A stretch of DNA of 64,000 nucleotides from NCBI GenBank assembly GCA_944349595.1, contig CALVNF010000002.1, positions 175,468-239,467 on the forward strand. Direction: 5' to 3'. Below, one piece after another: positions 55,364 through 64,000 of the stretch (positions within the stretch are counted from its first letter, which is position 1; every line of letters begins with the position of its first letter). The stretch comes from an uncultured Bacilli bacterium. GTDB taxonomy: Bacteria > Bacillota_I > Bacilli_A > RFN20 > CAG-826. The position numbers and the translations under genes are program-made. The notes under the pieces are model-generated. The model searched no databases. It worked only from the letters and a program-made list of their open reading frames with translations, and had not been told where the DNA came from.

Positions 55364-56658
55364 TCTTCACTTTTATTTTCTTCTTCGTCTTGTTTTTTAT
55401 TAATTGTAACTTGAATACGCTCAACAGTATATTCATCTACACTTAAAACTTTAATATGTAAATTTTCAAAATCAAATTCATCATTTTCTTTTGCAAATCT
55501 TTCGAGATTATCAATAACCCAACCAGAAACAGTATTAAAACTTGGGTCATCAAATTCTGGCTCAATTTCAACAAGTTCAAAGAAATCATCAATATTCATG
55601 CTACCAGAAACAATATAACCGTCTTTTGTTTCTGAATAATCTTTTTCAATTTTATCTGTTTCATCAAAAATTGGACCAACTAATTCTTCTATAATATCTT
55701 CAATCGTTACAATACCTTCAACACCGCCATATTCATCTAAAACAACAACCATATGGTGACCATTCTTTTTAAATAAAGATAAAATATCTGTTATTTTAAT
55801 GCTTCTTGGAACAAATGTTGGTTTATAAATTAATTCCTTTAAATTAATTTCAGAATTAGTTAATATTTTTCTTTGTAATAATTTTATTGGTAAAATTCCA
55901 ACTATATTATCCTTATCTTCTTCATAAATTGGAATTCTTGAATATCTAAAATATTCACTATCATTAATTAAATTTTCGATATCATCATTAACATCAAACA
56001 TTAAAACATCGACTCTTGGAGTCATTATTTCATAAGCTTCTGTTGAGTTAAATTCGATAGCACTTCTAATTAAATCGGCTTTATCTTCATTTATAATTCC
56101 TTCATCTTCAATTGTTTGAACCATCTCTTGAAGTTCATCACCAACTTCTGTTTGAATATTTTCTTCAACTTTTTTAGTACCTTTAAGGAATAATTTTGAA
56201 AAGAAATAAGCAATTTTTGTAAATATAAATGTAAATGGATAAAAAATGTATTTACAAGTTACAACAAAATAAGAAAAGAATAAACTAAGTCTATAATTGT
56301 AAATTTTTGCAATTTGCTTTGGAATAACTTCTCCACATAAAAGTAAAATAAAGGTAGAAATTAAAATTGAAATTACATTTTCAATTGTCTCGTTTGTACC
56401 AGCTAAATTTTGAACAACAAAAACCATTATTGAAGATATACCAATATTTGTTAAATTGTTACAAAATAAAATTGTAGAAATTGTATCTTCATAATTAGTT
56501 ATTAATTTATAAGCAATTTTGGCACTTCTTTTATTATTTTCGGCGTCTTTTTTAATTCTTAAAATATTAACACTTGAAAGTGCCATATCTGACATTGAAA
56601 ACATTGTTGATAAAACAATTAAAATGGCAATTATTGGAAGTGATATGTAGTAAGGCAT
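55360..56658 (-). CDS. CNNM/HlyC-CorC family transporter (DUF21 + CBS pair + CorC_HlyC)
   Basis: 432 aa. N-terminal 4-TM DUF21, tandem CBS domains, and a C-terminal transporter-associated domain. Confidence 0.8.
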   Translation of the reverse strand: MPYYISLPIIAILIVLSTMFSMSDMALSSVNILRIKKDAENNKRSAKIAYKLITNYEDTISTILFCNNLTNIGISSIMVFVVQNLAGTNETIENVISILISTFILLLCGEVIPKQIAKIYNYRLSLFFSYFVVTCKYIFYPFTFIFTKIAYFFSKLFLKGTKKVEENIQTEVGDELQEMVQTIEDEGIINEDKADLIRSAIEFNSTEAYEIMTPRVDVLMFDVNDDIENLINDSEYFRYSRIPIYEEDKDNIVGILPIKLLQRKILTNSEINLKELIYKPTFVPRSIKITDILSLFKKNGHHMVVVLDEYGGVEGIVTIEDIIEELVGPIFDETDKIEKDYSETKDGYIVSGSMNIDDFFELVEIEPEFDDPSFNTVSGWVIDNLERFAKENDEFDFENLHIKVLSVDEYTVERIQVTINKKQDEEENKSED

Positions 56659-56660
56659 AA

Positions 56661-57725
56661 TTAAATAACCTCCTTATTTTCAACATTTGAAACATTTTCA
56701 TTTTGACCAACAAGTTCTTCTAATAAATCATCCATTGTGACCATGCCAACAACAATATTTTTATTTTTAACAATTGCAATATGGGTATGAAATTTATTAA
56801 AACCTTCAAATAAATCATCTAATTTTGTGTTTGGATCAACAAAATAAGGTTTTGATAAAATTGAAGAAATATTAACATGTTTGTCTTCCATATATTCATT
56901 GAAATATTTTTTAACTGTTAAAATTCCAACAATATTATTTTTATCCTTTTTATAGACTGGAATTCTTGAAAAGTTTGAATTTAAAAGCTTTTCATTTAAC
57001 ATTTCATTTGTAATGTTATCGATATCTATCATTTCCATTTTATTTGCAGGTGTAAAACATTGTTTGACATCTGTTTCAAGAAAATCTAGTGAATTTAAAA
57101 TAATATCAGTTTCATCTTCATCTAATTTTCCATCTTCTTCAACTTCATCAACAAAATTTGAAAAATCTTCTTCTGTTAAGGTTACATCCTTTTTAATTTT
57201 GAATAATTTTTTTACACCTAATGATAAGAAATAAAATAATTTATTTATTACATAAAATACATAATAAAAGAACATTAATGGATAAGCAAATAATGTTAAA
57301 TATGTATCTGGAGCACGTTTTGCAACAATTTTTGGTAAAGTATCACCAAAAATATAAATTAATATTGTTATTACAATTGTTGAAACTAAGTTAACTATCC
57401 ATTCAGCTTTTAAATACGCTGAAAAAACAATTGTTGCAACTGTTGAAATAATGGTTGTAACAATATTATAACCAACTAAAACAGAAATTATCTGTTCATC
57501 AAATTTATTAATTATCTTTATTACTAATTTAGCAGTACGACTTCCCTCACCAGCTTTAACTTTAAACTTAAATTGATTACAAGATTCAATAGCAGTTTCA
57601 GCACCACTAAAGAATGCAGTTAAAATTGTTAGAACAAGAATCAATATCCACCATAGATTAATCAACCCATAGGGATCAGCATTAGAACTTGTCCCAGTAG
57701 CATCAGTAAGAAAACTCGGTCCCAT
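56661..57725 (-). CDS. CNNM-family paralog (DUF21 + CBS pair, no CorC C-terminal domain)
   Basis: 354 aa, in tandem with the previous gene. Confidence 0.7.
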   Translation of the reverse strand: MGPSFLTDATGTSSNADPYGLINLWWILILVLTILTAFFSGAETAIESCNQFKFKVKAGEGSRTAKLVIKIINKFDEQIISVLVGYNIVTTIISTVATIVFSAYLKAEWIVNLVSTIVITILIYIFGDTLPKIVAKRAPDTYLTLFAYPLMFFYYVFYVINKLFYFLSLGVKKLFKIKKDVTLTEEDFSNFVDEVEEDGKLDEDETDIILNSLDFLETDVKQCFTPANKMEMIDIDNITNEMLNEKLLNSNFSRIPVYKKDKNNIVGILTVKKYFNEYMEDKHVNISSILSKPYFVDPNTKLDDLFEGFNKFHTHIAIVKNKNIVVGMVTMDDLLEELVGQNENVSNVENKEVI

Positions 57726-57794
57726 TAAAAAACTCCTTTAAATAAACTAGAAGCATTATAACATAAAACTTTTAATAATCAACACTTCTAATCT

Positions 57795-58313
57795 TTATTC
57801 AAAATTCGCTTCAATAACTTTATTTTCAATAAAAGTCTTCCTTAAATCAATGATTCTTTGATTTTTTGATCCCCTAAAAAGAAGAGTTAAATCCCTTAAA
57901 GAATCAATGTATGGACCGTCAATTAAATAATCAGATAACTTTAAAAGTTCTAAAAGTTCCGGTTCATTTGAAAATCTTTTTTCTAAGTCCTCAAAAACAA
58001 AACCTGTATAAATAATTATGTTTAAATTATTATCAAATTCTTTTATTTTTTTTACTAATTCAAGACAAGGTTTAATCTGATATAAAGGATCTCCACCTGA
58101 TAAAGTAACTCCTTGTAATAATGGATTTTTTTTAATTTTTTCAATTAATATATCAATATCAACTAAAGATCCTTTATCCATTGGCCAAGTTTCAGGATTA
58201 TGACATTTAAAACAATGATGTAAACATCCTTGAGTAAAAATTGTAAATCTTATTCCTGGACCATCAACAATAGAATCATCAATATATCCAGCAATTCTAA
58301 TCTTGTTTTCCAT
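57795..58313 (-). CDS. nrdG: Anaerobic ribonucleoside-triphosphate reductase activating protein
   Basis: GPGIRFTIFTQGCLHHCFKCHNPETW radical-SAM cluster motif. 172 aa. Overlaps the nrdD 3' end. Confidence 0.85.
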   Translation of the reverse strand: MENKIRIAGYIDDSIVDGPGIRFTIFTQGCLHHCFKCHNPETWPMDKGSLVDIDILIEKIKKNPLLQGVTLSGGDPLYQIKPCLELVKKIKEFDNNLNIIIYTGFVFEDLEKRFSNEPELLELLKLSDYLIDGPYIDSLRDLTLLFRGSKNQRIIDLRKTFIENKVIEANFE

Positions 58314-60624
58314 CTTCTACTTTATAAGAATGTTTTACTCTTGCAGCTTCTTCGGCTCTTTTTCCATCATTAAATCTATCAAGAGTACCAACCAAATAAC
58401 CAGTGATTCTTCTAATTCTTTCAAATTTAACATCTTCTTCATGTCTACCACATTTTGGACAGACATTATCAATAATTCCATTATATCCACAAACTGGATC
58501 TCTATCTACTGGATGGTTTACACTACCATATCCAATACCTTCGTCATGCATACAACGAATTATTCTTTCAAAAGCATCGACATTTTTTGCAACATCACCA
58601 TCAACTTCAACATATGTTATATGTCCACCATTTGTCAAAGCATTATATGGAGCTTCTAATCTAATTTTGTCAAAAATACTTATATTATAATAAACTGGAA
58701 TGTGGAATGAATTTGTATAGAATGCACGATCGGTAATTCCTTCAATAATTCCAAATTTTTCTTTATCAAGTTTTGTAAATCTTCCACTTAATCCTTCTGC
58801 TGGAGTTGCAATTAATGAAAAATTAAGATTATATTTTTTAGTGCATTCATCAGTTTTATCTCTCATATGACCGATAATTTTTAAACCTAATTTTTGAGCT
58901 TCTTCACTTTCACCGTGATGTTTTCCAATTAAAGCCTTTAAACATTCAGCTAATCCAATAAAACCAACTGTTAATGTACCATGAACTAAAACTGGTTTTA
59001 CTTCATCATCTCTTTTTAATTTTTCACTATCAAGCCAGACATGTTGTCCCATTAAGAATGGGAAATTATAAACTCTTCTATGTCCTTGAATTTCATATCT
59101 TTCAAGTAATTGATCTTTTACTAATTCAATTTTTTCATCTAACATCTTGAAAAATTTATCAATATCATGATTTGCAAGCAAACCTAATCTTGGCAAATTA
59201 ATTGATGTAAATGAGAGGTTACCTCTACCGGTTGTAATTTCTTTATCTTTTATAACATTTGAAATAACTCTAGTTCTGCAACCCATGTAAGCAACTTCTG
59301 TACGATAATCACCTTTTTTATAGTATTGTAAATTAAATGGAGCATCTAAAAATGAGAAGTTAGGGAATAATCTTTTACCACTAACTTTACAAGCTTTTCT
59401 AAATAAATCGTAGTTTTTATCTTCTTTATTATAAGATACACCTTCTTTTAACTTAAAGATTTGAATTGGGAAAATTGGTGTTTCTCCATTTCCTAAACCT
59501 GCTTCAGTTGCATCTAGTAAACAATCCATTACCATTCTTCCTTCATCGCTTGTATCAGTACCATAATTTAAAGAAGAAAATGGAACTTGAGCACCAGCTC
59601 TAGAATGCATTGTATTTAAGTTATGAATTAATGCTTCCATTGCTTGATAAGTATCATCTCGAGTTTGATTGTAAGCATCAGTTAAAACATTATTTACAAC
59701 CTTATTAATATTAATGTCAGTATATTTTTTAGCTAAATATTTTTCAAGTGCGGTTTTAAATTCTTCGCTATTCATTTGGCATTTTACACCACTATCTTCT
59801 ATATCTTGAACAATTTGTTTACAATCTTCTCTTTTTAAGTTTTCATCTAAAAAGTTTAATAACGTTAAAAGATAAGAAACGACATTTTTTCTATATGATT
59901 TTCTAACGCCTGGTGCCATAAAATAATCAAAATTAGGAATTGATTGACCACCATGTTGATCGTTTTGGTTAGCTTGAATAGCAATACAAGCTAAAGACGC
60001 ATATGATCTAATACTTCCTGGTTCTCTAATAAAACCATTACCAGTTGAAAATCCACCATCAAATAATTTTAATAAATCAATTTGACAACAAGTCATTGTT
60101 AAAGTGTAAAAATCCATATCATGAATATGAATATCACCATTAATATGAGCTTGAGCAAATTTAGGATTGATAACTTGATTTACATAAAATGCTTTAGCTG
60201 ATTCAGAACCATACTTTAACATTGTACCCATAGCAGTGTCGCCATCTATGTTTGCATTTTCTCTTTTAACATCTTCATCAGTTGCTTTTTTAAATGTTAA
60301 ATTTTTCATTAATTTCATTAAATCAGAATTGCCAGTTCTGATTTTTGTTCTTTTATATCTATATAAAATATATGCTTTAGCAACTTCTGCTTCATTATTT
60401 TTAATCAAAACATCTTCAACAACATCTTGAACATCTTCAACATTTGGAATATCTGAATCTTTAAATCTTTTATTTAAGATTGAAACAACTTCATTAGTTA
60501 ATTTATCGACTAATTCATCACAATTTTCAATTTCACATGCATTAAATGCATCAAAAATAGCATTATAAATTTTTTGTTTTTTAAAACCTTCTTTACGTCC
60601 ATCACGTTTTATTATTTTGTTCAT
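58297..60624 (-). CDS. nrdD: Anaerobic ribonucleoside-triphosphate reductase
   Basis: N-terminal ATP-cone, Zn ribbon CPKCG, and C-terminal glycyl-radical motif RITGYLVG. Confidence 0.9.
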   Translation of the reverse strand: MNKIIKRDGRKEGFKKQKIYNAIFDAFNACEIENCDELVDKLTNEVVSILNKRFKDSDIPNVEDVQDVVEDVLIKNNEAEVAKAYILYRYKRTKIRTGNSDLMKLMKNLTFKKATDEDVKRENANIDGDTAMGTMLKYGSESAKAFYVNQVINPKFAQAHINGDIHIHDMDFYTLTMTCCQIDLLKLFDGGFSTGNGFIREPGSIRSYASLACIAIQANQNDQHGGQSIPNFDYFMAPGVRKSYRKNVVSYLLTLLNFLDENLKREDCKQIVQDIEDSGVKCQMNSEEFKTALEKYLAKKYTDININKVVNNVLTDAYNQTRDDTYQAMEALIHNLNTMHSRAGAQVPFSSLNYGTDTSDEGRMVMDCLLDATEAGLGNGETPIFPIQIFKLKEGVSYNKEDKNYDLFRKACKVSGKRLFPNFSFLDAPFNLQYYKKGDYRTEVAYMGCRTRVISNVIKDKEITTGRGNLSFTSINLPRLGLLANHDIDKFFKMLDEKIELVKDQLLERYEIQGHRRVYNFPFLMGQHVWLDSEKLKRDDEVKPVLVHGTLTVGFIGLAECLKALIGKHHGESEEAQKLGLKIIGHMRDKTDECTKKYNLNFSLIATPAEGLSGRFTKLDKEKFGIIEGITDRAFYTNSFHIPVYYNISIFDKIRLEAPYNALTNGGHITYVEVDGDVAKNVDAFERIIRCMHDEGIGYGSVNHPVDRDPVCGYNGIIDNVCPKCGRHEEDVKFERIRRITGYLVGTLDRFNDGKRAEEAARVKHSYKVEDGKQD

Positions 60625-60770
60625 ATTTTCTCCTTCTTTTTTATTCCTTAAATATGATATTTATTAATTAATTAATAAACAACAAAATAATAAAATAAAA
60701 AAAATTAGTAGCTTTCATTTTGTGAAAACTACTAGTTTTAGTAATTTTTTAGTAATAAACTAGTAGATAT

Positions 60771-62060
60771 TTACTTGAGACCTTGTTTTTTTACTTCTTC
60801 AATTAATTCTCTTGCGTAATCTACATTACCGGCTTCTTTTTTCTTAGAAACTCCTTCGTTTTCCATCATTTCTTGAATTAAAGCTTTAGCTCTTCTAATT
60901 GAAAGACCGGATTTTACTTTAAAGACAAATGGAATATCTTTATAAATATTTTTATCACTTGCATCATCAAATGGAATAGTGCTATCAGCAAATTTTGCAG
61001 GATCAAGTTTCATATATAATTTAACTTTCTTCCCTGAAAATACCATTTTCATGTAAGTAACTCTGTGTAATCTAAATGTATCACCAGAACTTGAAACTCT
61101 TGATTTTACTCCATAAGCTAAAATTTCATTTTTGATTTCATTGTAAATATCTAATTGTTCATCATCAACCATTAATATTCTTTCAAAGAATGAAATTCTA
61201 TTAGAATCTTTATTTGCTAATGCGCCTTCATCGCTAACTGGAGCAACAACAGGTTTTTCTTCTTCATTTGGCTTTTCTTCAACTGGAGTTTCTTCTTTAA
61301 CCTCTTCTACTTTTTCTTCGACAGGTTCTTCTGTTTTTTCTTCAACAGTTTCTTCAGGTTTTTCTTCTGCTGGAGTTTCTTCAGTTGGTTTTTCTTCTGC
61401 TGGAGTTTCTTCTTCCTTATTTTCATAGAAAGCAGCGAGTTCTTCTCTTATTGCTTTTCTAATATCTTCTTCAGTTAATTGTGATAAATCTTCTTTTTCC
61501 TCTTCTTCACTTTCAACTAATTTTAAAGTTTTTGTAAATGCCATCATTTCTAAAACTAAGTAAGCAATGAAAGCAACACTCATTAATAAAACTACAACAA
61601 ATGTTGAATAATTAGCTGAACTTTGTTGAGCAGGGTTTCCTAGACTTGTAAAGGCATCTAAGAAAACTCTATCGGCTCTATTACCGCTTGATTTAATATC
61701 ACCATAATAAGTAAAGAAATATAAACTTACTATGACAAAAAATAAAACTAATCCAGTAACACCAACTGCTAAATAATTAGTTTTTTTCTTCTGAATTGCT
61801 CTTACAATTAATGTTACTAATGCAGCTAAGAAAGCTAACAAAATAACAATATAAACAACTGCCCAGACCATTTTAATAACAAATGAGTCTCCTAAACTAG
61901 CAGAATCTAACCATCCACCAGTAAAGAAATTAGCAATTGAATCGCCTAAAAAAGGAGATGTAAAAACAGGTAAATTACAACATCCTAAGGCAATAAAAAG
62001 TAAAGAGCAAACAATGATGCAAAGATAAGCAACTACGTGTAATCTTTTGACTTCTTTCAT
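60771..62060 (-). CDS. Membrane protein with acidic Pro/Glu-rich tandem repeats (EETPAEEKP) and conserved C-terminal domain; unknown function
   Basis: 429 aa. Four or five N-terminal TM helices. Repeat region EEKEDLSQ...EETPAEEKPTEETPAEEKPEETVEEK..., encoded by a 27-28-nt tandem repeat at ~61360-61420. Confidence 0.4.
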   Translation of the reverse strand: MKEVKRLHVVAYLCIIVCSLLFIALGCCNLPVFTSPFLGDSIANFFTGGWLDSASLGDSFVIKMVWAVVYIVILLAFLAALVTLIVRAIQKKKTNYLAVGVTGLVLFFVIVSLYFFTYYGDIKSSGNRADRVFLDAFTSLGNPAQQSSANYSTFVVVLLMSVAFIAYLVLEMMAFTKTLKLVESEEEEKEDLSQLTEEDIRKAIREELAAFYENKEEETPAEEKPTEETPAEEKPEETVEEKTEEPVEEKVEEVKEETPVEEKPNEEEKPVVAPVSDEGALANKDSNRISFFERILMVDDEQLDIYNEIKNEILAYGVKSRVSSSGDTFRLHRVTYMKMVFSGKKVKLYMKLDPAKFADSTIPFDDASDKNIYKDIPFVFKVKSGLSIRRAKALIQEMMENEGVSKKKEAGNVDYARELIEEVKKQGLK

Positions 62061-62182
62061 ATTATCTACCTCTCTTTAATTGTTAATTTTATTATATATT
62101 AAAAATAATCAAGAATTAAAGAGTTTTTTTAAAAAAAGTTAATTTTTGCATTACTTTTTTTATTAATTTATAAAATCATATT

Positions 62183-63010
62183 TTATTTAGTTAATTTTAT
62201 TATAGAAATATCATCAATTTTTTTAAGTCTTGGATATTTAATTATTTGAGCATCATCTTCTGCTAAATTTTTTATTTTTTCATACACTTCATTAATATTT
62301 TTTGAAAATAATTCATCATAATTTTTATATACATGATAAACATCAAAAGCTTGCATAAATCCATCAGTTGCAAGACAAACCATTTCTACTTCATCTAATT
62401 TAAACTTTTTAGATCTAAGATTAAAATTAATCCCATTTTTATATATAGAAAAAACATCATATCCCATGAATTTATTCATCTTATTGCGATTTATTTTTAA
62501 TAAATTTAATACATCTAAACGAGTTTCATTCATAGATTTATTTTCTTTTTTTGAAAAATAAATCATTCTCTTAACAACTTTATTATCTAATTTTGAAAGT
62601 CTGCTATCTTTAAAAATCTCACTTCCTTTTTTTGTTTTTATATAGACAATTGGATCACCTAATGTATAAATTCTTAATTCGTTATTTTCTTTTGAAATAT
62701 CTACAAATGATAAACCAATAGATGGGAAATGTTCTCTAGTTAAATTTGTATCTTTTATATTTGCTTTATTAATAAATAAATCATAAAGTTTTGCAGAAAT
62801 ATTTTTTAATTCTTTATTATAATTATTAGATTTTTTAAATAGTTTTTTAAATTCATTAACTAAAAATGATGCATCGCTTGGCTTAATATAAGAATCAACC
62901 AAACCAGTTGCTCCATCTAAAGCAGTATAAAAATCATCATTCATAATTAATGCATCTTCATTAAAATCTCTATAACCAATACTTAAACTTTCCACTTTAA
63001 AAAATGACAT
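62183..63010 (-). CDS. PP2C-like protein (phosphatase fold with degenerate metal-binding motif)
   Basis: NEDALIMNDDFYTALDGATG resembles PP2C motifs 1-2 (ED...DGHGG) but reads DGATG. A late LATDGF motif is also present. Confidence 0.35.
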   Translation of the reverse strand: MSFFKVESLSIGYRDFNEDALIMNDDFYTALDGATGLVDSYIKPSDASFLVNEFKKLFKKSNNYNKELKNISAKLYDLFINKANIKDTNLTREHFPSIGLSFVDISKENNELRIYTLGDPIVYIKTKKGSEIFKDSRLSKLDNKVVKRMIYFSKKENKSMNETRLDVLNLLKINRNKMNKFMGYDVFSIYKNGINFNLRSKKFKLDEVEMVCLATDGFMQAFDVYHVYKNYDELFSKNINEVYEKIKNLAEDDAQIIKYPRLKKIDDISIIKLTK

Positions 63011-63011
63011 T

Positions 63012-63932
63012 TTATAAAACCAAAATTAATATAAATCCAATAAATGAACCAAGTAATAAAACAAATACTAATAAATATGATAAATAATTTATTTTAAATT
63101 TTTTATTAGTGGTAAGTAACATAAATAATAAGATAATAGATATAATGAATGTATAACTAAGAGCTAATAAACTTAATGTTAAAGCTAATGCTTTATAATT
63201 AGAAAGTTCTGAAAATGAAGTAATTGAAGCGGTAAAAAAGCTAACAATCGCACTAAAAATTGAAATATAACAAATATTTGTTACTTTTTCATTTCTAATT
63301 GATTCTTCAGTTACTTTAACATTCCATAGTTCAACTTTTGTATCATAATATGCTTTAATTAAAGCAATTTCACTTAAATAATCTTTATAAACAGCAACTC
63401 GTGATTTTCTATCATCTCCGTCTGGTGCTTTTGAAATTGCTTTATTAATTAATTCTCTTGAAACATCATAATCAGAAGTTAAAGCTTTTAATCTTCCTAG
63501 AGTTGCATAAAATTTATCATAATCGCTACTTTTTACAACATCTTCCATTAATTTAGTAGCAACTTGTAATTGTTCGCAAAATTCAATATCGTATTTTTTG
63601 TTATCATTTTTTAATTTAACATATGTTTCATTATCATCCTTTTTAAAGAAAATTCTTCTTCTTTTTTTAATTTTAAATGCTGCCATTGCATCATCTAAAT
63701 GATATGAATAATATTCAGCGACTAAACCAGCAAAGTGATTTACAAAACCAGTTTGTTTTGGATTATTTTCTGCTAATACTTGACACTTATTGATTAAATC
63801 TAATGATAGAGGTTTAGTAAATCCTTCACACATATACTCCATATGTTTAAATAAAGATTGATTAGTAAATTTTGATTGTAATTCGTTTCTATATAAGTCT
63901 CTATTAATTAACGTTGATAATTTTTCATACAT
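63012..63932 (-). CDS. Hypothetical membrane protein (soluble N-terminal domain + 3 C-terminal TM helices)
   Basis: 306 aa. Overlaps and is co-oriented with the PP2C-like gene. Confidence 0.35.
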   Translation of the reverse strand: MYEKLSTLINRDLYRNELQSKFTNQSLFKHMEYMCEGFTKPLSLDLINKCQVLAENNPKQTGFVNHFAGLVAEYYSYHLDDAMAAFKIKKRRRIFFKKDDNETYVKLKNDNKKYDIEFCEQLQVATKLMEDVVKSSDYDKFYATLGRLKALTSDYDVSRELINKAISKAPDGDDRKSRVAVYKDYLSEIALIKAYYDTKVELWNVKVTEESIRNEKVTNICYISIFSAIVSFFTASITSFSELSNYKALALTLSLLALSYTFIISIILLFMLLTTNKKFKINYLSYLLVFVLLLGSFIGFILILVL

Positions 63933-64000
63933 TCCATCTCTTCTTAATCTTGTATAAAGAATAAAAACATAACAGAATAAAATTAAGTAATCAGGATTTT

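Noticed and set aside
60625-60770. NrdR box upstream of nrdD
   Set aside because: No match to the 16-bp NrdR palindrome. A different repeated heptamer was found and is reported as a finding.

Overview
This is an AT-rich (~25-30% GC), gene-dense bacterial chromosome segment that uses the standard genetic code. Two TGA stops lie in ATGA overlaps (ackA/nrnA at 858-861 and the ABC pair at 38045-38048), and tRNA-Trp has anticodon CCA. Gene content and order match the Bacillus subtilis region polA-mutM-coaE ... dnaB-dnaI ... thrS ... infC-rpmI-rplT ... thiI-nifZ-ezrA ... rpsD-tyrS-ccpA. Together these point to a low-GC Firmicutes/Tenericutes lineage that kept UGA as stop (Acholeplasma, Anaeroplasma or Erysipelotrichia-like). 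Anaerobic markers are present (NrdDG, superoxide reductase, Fe-ADH). Core content is acetate kinase (partial), NrnA, DnaE, PolA, an Fpg-CoaE fusion, DnaB/DnaI, pfkA-pyk-glucokinase, thrS with a T-box leader, infC (AUU start)-rpmI-rplT with an L20-type leader, thiI, cysteine desulfurase, ezrA, rpsD, tyrS, a CcpA-like LacI regulator, a GH3 beta-glucosidase, enolase, Fe-ADH, a MarR plus heterodimeric ABC exporter, CorA, a ketose kinase/aldolase module, an esterase, ACP, htpG with CIRCE, SOR, gmk-like, two CNNM transporters and nrdDG. There are 7 tRNA genes: Val, Leu, Gly, Thr-Glu-Asn and Trp. Features that stand out: (i) a minus-strand cluster (49925-54719) encoding a TadA/CpaF-type ATPase, two TadB/C-like membrane proteins, a TadE-like protein and a 72-aa Flp-like pilin with an atypical KG|Q class-III signal, plus secreted or anchored unknown proteins, which is a candidate Tad-like pilus system; (ii) a 0.9-kb ORF-free gap between two tRNAs containing a ~480-bp element bounded by 51-bp imperfect inverted repeats; (iii) a ~110-bp conserved tRNA-trailing repeat present twice, bracketing a 15.5-kb block; (iv) an 893-aa lipoprotein carrying four tandem ~85-aa repeats and a C-terminal Endonuclease-I domain. 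All calls rest on reading the translations and the DNA directly; no database searches were run.
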